Shown piece after piece: positions 46,452 through 51,530 of a stretch of DNA of 51,530 nt (the first letter of the stretch is position 1; each line of letters starts with the position of its first letter). This stretch comes from a virus. Taxonomy: Duplodnaviria; Caudoviricetes. The notes below the pieces were generated by a model. The model saw only the letters and a list, made by a program, of their open reading frames with translations, did no database searches and had not been told where the DNA came from. The stretch lies in IMG/VR virus record IMGVR_UViG_3300015360_000058, positions 1 to 51,530 of that record. One strand, given 5' to 3'. The translations under genes were made by a program, and so were the position numbers.

Positions 46452-48700
46452 CAGTTATTACCTCAACAATCCCCTCAAGCTCGGCGGGATCGCCGGGGGT
46501 TGGCGTTCCTGCGGGCGGCGACACCGATCAAATCCTATCTAAAATAGACGCTACCAATTACAACACGCAGTGGGTTGATCCCTTAGTGATCGACGGCGGC
46601 GAGGCTTACTATTTCACCAACACCGCTTCTGACTTGGGCGGCGGTAGGCTCGTAATGCTCAAGGGGATACCTGGAGGCGGCGGGTTTGGAATTGATAACC
46701 TTGCTGTAACGAACGGCGCTTTGCTTGCAGAGTTTGCAACCGTGGCTGATTACCCTAGCGCAACTTACATACCTTCCGGCCCTATGGGCTTAACTGTCGT
46801 GGTAAGAAAACCAGCGGGTACAAAAGTAGCCAGGATCTATGCGGAGTTTTATTCGCGCTCAATCCTCGGTGTCAGTACGCTGATTGCAACATCAAATTAT
46901 TCTAGCGTTCTGACAGCAAGCAATCAGACTTTGACGGTAATAGCCAAAACCGAAGTGGTAAGAAATCTTTTAGTTACAGACCGGCTAGATATAATAATCA
47001 GAGCCAACGTGACAGGCGCGGGTACAGATCCTGACATCACGATTGATATCCAAGGGCTGACTAATAGTGAATGCAAGTTTCCCTATGAATCACCAAGACT
47101 ACTGGCCGGAGCTGGCGTGACGATAACTCCGGGTGCAGACTCGCTGACCATAGAATCCGCCCCACCTACGGGATCAAACAATAGTGTCGCTGGTTACAAT
47201 GGTAGCGGAAATTTGTACTCTATCCCGGGCTGGGCTGTAAATGCAGTGGGAGGTCTGTCTGTCGACCGAACCGGTCTCCCTTCTACGACGAATGTCTATG
47301 ACAATCTTCTGAATACGAACCTAAGCCTGGAGCCTACGGAAGCCGCGCCAAACGCAAACTGGTCGGCGCACAATATCTCCCTAAGTTTAAGCAACGCACT
47401 TTTTACTATGGGAACAAGCGGCGAGGCGGCGAAGGCTTTAAACCTTTATGCGGTTAATGAAGGCGTCTCAGATTCTGGAAGCATCACGGCAATCTCTGCT
47501 TATATCGGCTTAGGAAATGGCGTTGATGCAATTGATGTAAAAGGGCTTACCTTTGCTAACAGCTTCAGCAACATTGCCGATAACGTAACCGTAAGCGGAC
47601 CAATTCAAGGTTACGGCTTTCAAGTTACCGTCGATTCCGCAGCTGTACTTACCACCAACTCTTACGTGCAAGCTTTCTACGATAACGCCAACATTCAGAC
47701 CGCACTACTTGCCTCCTATACCTCGTTTAATGCCAACCCTCAGATTGCAGAAGTAGGGAACAATGCAAATTACTCGAGCCTCAATGTCAACCCAACTATT
47801 CCTATTTTTTCAGGCAATGCTGGCTTTACTGGAATAGGAATTTACGGGACTCTCGGTACTTTCGGCACAGGTGGCTATACGGGCATAAACATAAACCCGA
47901 CAATTACCTCAGTGGTAAATGCTCAGGGTCTTAGAATAAATATGTCTAACGTATCGGCATCCGGTTCTAAGAGAGCAATCGATGCAACTGGCGACGTTAA
48001 TGTCATTGGGCGCTTTGATCTAACTGGAAACTCTCAGTTCAACGGATCTGTGGACGCTTTCTTCTCCGAGCCTCTTACGAACGGCGGAGGCAACCCAGAC
48101 TCCGGGCATACTCTAATAACGCAGCCAACAGTAGCAGCTAACGTAACACTGGCTAACGCGGATTACATCGGCGTCAATACCGCAATGCTTTTGAACATCG
48201 GCGCTAACGCGACGGTAACCACGGCCTTTCTAGGCGTAGCGGCGGCGGCCATACCGGCAGTCGTAGAAGTTAATAGCGGGGCCACGGTGGACCATGTGGC
48301 GGGTGGCGCGTTTGCACTGGCTCTCAGTTCAACGGCAAGTGCTGGCGGAATAATAGACCAAGTGATGCTTTGTCAAGGGGTAGCAATCCCTAACGGCCTA
48401 ACTACGGTCAATAATTTATACGGCTACTATATGGACCTGCCATTTGGCAACGTAGGAACGACGCAGTGGGGAGTCTATATTAAGACTTCTACTGAAAACT
48501 ATATGGCAGGATCTCTAAAAATTGGCGGCGCGGATACGGTAACGAATTCCTCGATCGGCTTAGAGATGGACAGCAAAGCAATCAGGCTCGCGACCATGGA
48601 CACGACAGCAAGGAATGCTTTAACAGCGGTGGCTGGCATGATGATTTTCAATACCACTACGGCGACAATGCAATACTACGACGGATCAAGTTGGGTTTAA
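46448..48700 (+). CDS. Putative head fibre / adhesin
   Basis: GVPAGG..DQIL.K fibre start; Asn/Gly/Thr-rich beta repeats; C-terminal TTARNAL...GMMIFNTT...YYDGSSW. Confidence 0.55.
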   Translation: MTVITSTIPSSSAGSPGVGVPAGGDTDQILSKIDATNYNTQWVDPLVIDGGEAYYFTNTASDLGGGRLVMLKGIPGGGGFGIDNLAVTNGALLAEFATVADYPSATYIPSGPMGLTVVVRKPAGTKVARIYAEFYSRSILGVSTLIATSNYSSVLTASNQTLTVIAKTEVVRNLLVTDRLDIIIRANVTGAGTDPDITIDIQGLTNSECKFPYESPRLLAGAGVTITPGADSLTIESAPPTGSNNSVAGYNGSGNLYSIPGWAVNAVGGLSVDRTGLPSTTNVYDNLLNTNLSLEPTEAAPNANWSAHNISLSLSNALFTMGTSGEAAKALNLYAVNEGVSDSGSITAISAYIGLGNGVDAIDVKGLTFANSFSNIADNVTVSGPIQGYGFQVTVDSAAVLTTNSYVQAFYDNANIQTALLASYTSFNANPQIAEVGNNANYSSLNVNPTIPIFSGNAGFTGIGIYGTLGTFGTGGYTGININPTITSVVNAQGLRINMSNVSASGSKRAIDATGDVNVIGRFDLTGNSQFNGSVDAFFSEPLTNGGGNPDSGHTLITQPTVAANVTLANADYIGVNTAMLLNIGANATVTTAFLGVAAAAIPAVVEVNSGATVDHVAGGAFALALSSTASAGGIIDQVMLCQGVAIPNGLTTVNNLYGYYMDLPFGNVGTTQWGVYIKTSTENYMAGSLKIGGADTVTNSSIGLEMDSKAIRLATMDTTARNALTAVAGMMIFNTTTATMQYYDGSSWV

Positions 48701-48711
48701 GCGGAGGACAT

Positions 48712-49035
48712 ATGGGACTAGCGATCGATATTGAATTTAAAAAAACCGGTATTGTCATGGGCTATTGGCGGATCAATATGGTGTCCGTAGATATCCTTTT
48801 AGACCAAACAATTCTAAGGATAGACGGCTATATCTCGAAGGCGGAAGCACTACTTGCGAACTCGCCGCTTGAAGGCATCCAAAGGACTTACGTAGGATCT
48901 CAAAATCCTATTGGACTAATGACAGATCCGAGGGAGTATCAAAACATTCTATATTCAAAATTGATCGAAGCACCAGCAATGTTTATGCACAGAAATATTT
49001 TCGAAGGTGCAACTATCGTAAGTGACTTGCCCTAG
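48712..49035 (+). CDS. Hypothetical protein (possible fibre chaperone)
   Basis: GGAGG RBS; follows fibre gene. Confidence 0.5.
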   Translation: MGLAIDIEFKKTGIVMGYWRINMVSVDILLDQTILRIDGYISKAEALLANSPLEGIQRTYVGSQNPIGLMTDPREYQNILYSKLIEAPAMFMHRNIFEGATIVSDLP

Positions 49036-49133
49036 TGGACATCTTCCGAAGATATCTTTTAATTCGAGCTAGTCATGGAAAGACCTTCGAGTTAATATTT
49101 TAGAAACAACCTAAACTTTTAAGAGGTCTACCT

Positions 49134-49421
49134 ATGAAACTTAAGATTAAACAACACGTTACAAGTTCCCAGGAAAAAATTATTTTGATGTGTTCTTACA
49201 AAGACGAGTCCGGCGTTGCGAAAAAATACATCGAAGCCGTCGTCCCAGGGTCGACTATCGAAGTGTCGACTAAAATTGGTATGGCACTACTCGGCACGGA
49301 AACCCTAGAGGGCGTGCTAGAATTAGACGACTCAGCTCCCGCGCAAAAGAATATCGACCATTCTCCTCAAAACAGAATGATGGAAACCAGCAAAGATAAG
49401 AAGTCGATGCCGAGCCTGTGA
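49134..49421 (+). CDS. Hypothetical protein
   Basis: GAGGT RBS. Confidence 0.55.
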   Translation: MKLKIKQHVTSSQEKIILMCSYKDESGVAKKYIEAVVPGSTIEVSTKIGMALLGTETLEGVLELDDSAPAQKNIDHSPQNRMMETSKDKKSMPSL

Positions 49422-49448
49422 AAATTTTCGCTTTAAGGGAGGCCACGG

Positions 49449-50063
49449 ATGGCGATTAATCCGAACGCACTCACCACGCTGGTGAACGCCAAAAGTCACC
49501 TGTCGATTAAGCCGGACGACAACACTATGAACACTCGCGTGGAGTTATTTATTAACGCCGCCTCGCAGCGAATAGAGACGTACACCGCACGAAAGCTCGT
49601 CGACCAAGGCACGATCACGGAACTGCAACATGGACGTAGCACGAACCTGATCCTTTTAAAAGAGTTCCCAGTCATAGCGATAACGGAGCTACGTATCGAC
49701 GACGGTACGCACCTCTTTACGGCAGCCGAAACGCTAGTTGCGGCGACGCAGTATTCGGTCGGCGACGATAGAAATTGTTTAATAGCTAATACCGGCATTT
49801 TTCCTAACGGTTATAATAACGTCCGTGTTCAGTATAGGGCCGGTTACGTGACCGTGCCTGCCGACCTGGAGTTGGCTTGCCTATGGTTTGTCGAATGGTT
49901 TTATAGGCATCGTGACCGAGCCGACATGGGCCGCACGACGTCGTCGAAAGGTGACGAGTCGGTCGGAATTTTAGACGCAGCACCGCGCATGATCATGGAG
50001 ATTCTCGGCGACTACAAACGCACCGAGATGGCGTTCACGAGTGCGCCGACGAGGAACTATTAG
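49449..50063 (+). CDS. Head-tail adaptor (gp6/gp15-like)
   Basis: LTTL..AK.HL, INAAS..IE.YT.R, V.Y.AGY..VPADL..AC. Confidence 0.85.
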   Translation: MAINPNALTTLVNAKSHLSIKPDDNTMNTRVELFINAASQRIETYTARKLVDQGTITELQHGRSTNLILLKEFPVIAITELRIDDGTHLFTAAETLVAATQYSVGDDRNCLIANTGIFPNGYNNVRVQYRAGYVTVPADLELACLWFVEWFYRHRDRADMGRTTSSKGDESVGILDAAPRMIMEILGDYKRTEMAFTSAPTRNY

Positions 50064-50066
50064 GCT

Positions 50067-50534
50067 ATGGCGAACAGTTCCGTCGACTCGATCATTGCCA
50101 AAATATCTAAGAAGATATCTGCCCTCGCGCCCGGTTCCGAAAACATCCGCCGCGCCTTGACACTGATAGGTATTAGGGTTCAGGCCGACACGGCGCTTAA
50201 CATCCGTCGCCGAGGGTTGATCGATAAAGGTCGCCTTATCAACTCGATCCGCTACGAACTCTATAACCAAGGCGGCAAGGCGGGCGTTAAAGTCGGGTCG
50301 TTCGGCGTACCGTATGCCGCCGTTCACGAGTTTGGTTTTAGTGGTAGCGTTAATATTCGCTCATACCAACGCACGATGACGACGGTTTTCGGGCGTCTCG
50401 TCGACCCGAGGAAAGTAACCATCGGAGCGCACAGTCGTAAAATGCGTATACCAGCGCGGCCCTACCTTCGCCCGGCGGTTAGGGCGAACACGAACTATAT
50501 TATCGACCAGATGAGAAGGGCCTTACAAACATGA
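50067..50534 (+). CDS. Neck / tail completion (virion morphogenesis) protein
   Basis: GRL.NSI, VGS..V.YAAVHEFG, IPARPYLRPA. Confidence 0.8.
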   Translation: MANSSVDSIIAKISKKISALAPGSENIRRALTLIGIRVQADTALNIRRRGLIDKGRLINSIRYELYNQGGKAGVKVGSFGVPYAAVHEFGFSGSVNIRSYQRTMTTVFGRLVDPRKVTIGAHSRKMRIPARPYLRPAVRANTNYIIDQMRRALQT

Positions 50535-51004
50535 CTAACCCGACGCAGACGCAGTTTGTAATCAAGTGCATGAAGACCATTATCAGCGAAGCTCTGGTGT
50601 CTAAGCTAGAGCTCGTGCGGTCTCTTAACTACATATCATTTGACAAGATTAAGTTACTGCAAAGCGATTTTCACGAGCACGAACTCCCGGCCTGTCAAAT
50701 TATTGACGTCGCTGAGACGGTTAACCACGAGCAGTCTAGGACTAAAAACACGTGGCAGCTGTCTATCGAGATCGTCGATAAAACGACGGAATCTAGGTCG
50801 GTAGGCCAAACCGACATGTGGAACCTTGAGTATGAGATTAAAAGAAAGCTATGGGCCGACCCGACGCTAGGCATACAGGGCAAGGGGTTCCAGCATATAC
50901 GCATGCTCGGCAGCGCTACGGACCTTCATATTTTGGAACCATTTTATTTTGCAAGATTAGACTTCGAGGCCTTATACTATGAGCACATAGTAAGAGACTG
51001 TTAA
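50531..51004 (+). CDS. Tail terminator protein
   Basis: Position before tail tube gene; size; LPAC motif. Confidence 0.6.
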   Translation: MTNPTQTQFVIKCMKTIISEALVSKLELVRSLNYISFDKIKLLQSDFHEHELPACQIIDVAETVNHEQSRTKNTWQLSIEIVDKTTESRSVGQTDMWNLEYEIKRKLWADPTLGIQGKGFQHIRMLGSATDLHILEPFYFARLDFEALYYEHIVRDC

Positions 51005-51037
51005 AACCAAAACTTTTTCCAAGGAAGGAAAATAGAA

Positions 51038-51530
51038 ATGGCTAAGAATTATAAAGCTATTTATACGTCGACGAGTGACTCGAACGCATTAGAGCAGGGT
51101 TTTTACCTTAAAAAGGAAACCACTAAAGGCACCCTAATCGCCCCCCAACCTACCGACTTTCTTTTTACTTTACCGGGCGGCTCGATCGCGTTTAACCAGC
51201 CTTTCGAATCCAGTCCTCAGCGGTCTGGACGTCACCACACGAATATTATTAAGAAGAAAAAAGAATGCGGATGGAGCTTCTCTACCTACTTCAACATCAA
51301 CGAAGCTCTCGGCGCGGCATCTTCCGCCGAGATCGACGCCCCTGTACGTCAACTCTTTAAGTCCCTACTCGGCAAAGAAGACGCTACGGCGGGCGCGGTA
51401 TACGACTCATCGATAGCGCCGGACGACACGTTTACCCTGTTTGAAGTTGGCGACTTGTGGTGTCGACAAACTCGTGGCGCGTTTGTCATGGACGGAACGA
51501 TCAACCTTCCCGGCGACGGCGAAGCCATGG
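51038..51530 (+). CDS. Major tail (tube) protein, N-terminal part (3' truncated at window end)
   Basis: AAGGAAGGA RBS; open frame MAKNYKAIY...FYLKKETTKG...LPGDGEAM to the end of the window. Confidence 0.75.
   Translation, partial: MAKNYKAIYTSTSDSNALEQGFYLKKETTKGTLIAPQPTDFLFTLPGGSIAFNQPFESSPQRSGRHHTNIIKKKKECGWSFSTYFNINEALGAASSAEIDAPVRQLFKSLLGKEDATAGAVYDSSIAPDDTFTLFEVGDLWCRQTRGAFVMDGTINLPGDGEAM

Overview
The window is an almost complete ~51.5 kb tailed dsDNA phage genome (siphovirus-like, HK97-type head), opened inside the major tail gene: the 5' half lies at 51038-51530 and the 3' half at 1-642, and the two ends do not join in frame. Module order: tail (chaperone with -1 frameshift, tape measure, baseplate, fibre), lysis, an AT-rich 7-deazaguanine DNA-modification cassette (queD, queE, folE, dpdL-like, dpdA-like, ParB-like, yhhQ; no queC), early genes behind a divergent pair of sigma28-like promoters, recombination/replication (YqaJ exonuclease, Sak4-like ATPase, SSB, SF2 helicase, VRR-NUC, primase-helicase, iteron origin), an array of small genes joined by a repeated linker, a CsrA-like gene, TerS, a ~6 kb accessory island (phosphoesterase, glycosyltransferase-like, and two antisense lipoprotein-type proteases), TerL, portal-MuF fusion, protease, capsid, a putative head fibre and neck genes. 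No integrase, DNA polymerase, tRNA or CRISPR array was recognised. The most interesting elements are the QueC-less deazaguanine pathway, the exported protease pair, the linker-joined gene array and a strong CG/TA-rich, TG/CA-poor signature in the core genes. A Bdellovibrionota-like host is an inference only. All calls come from motif recognition by eye; no searches were run.
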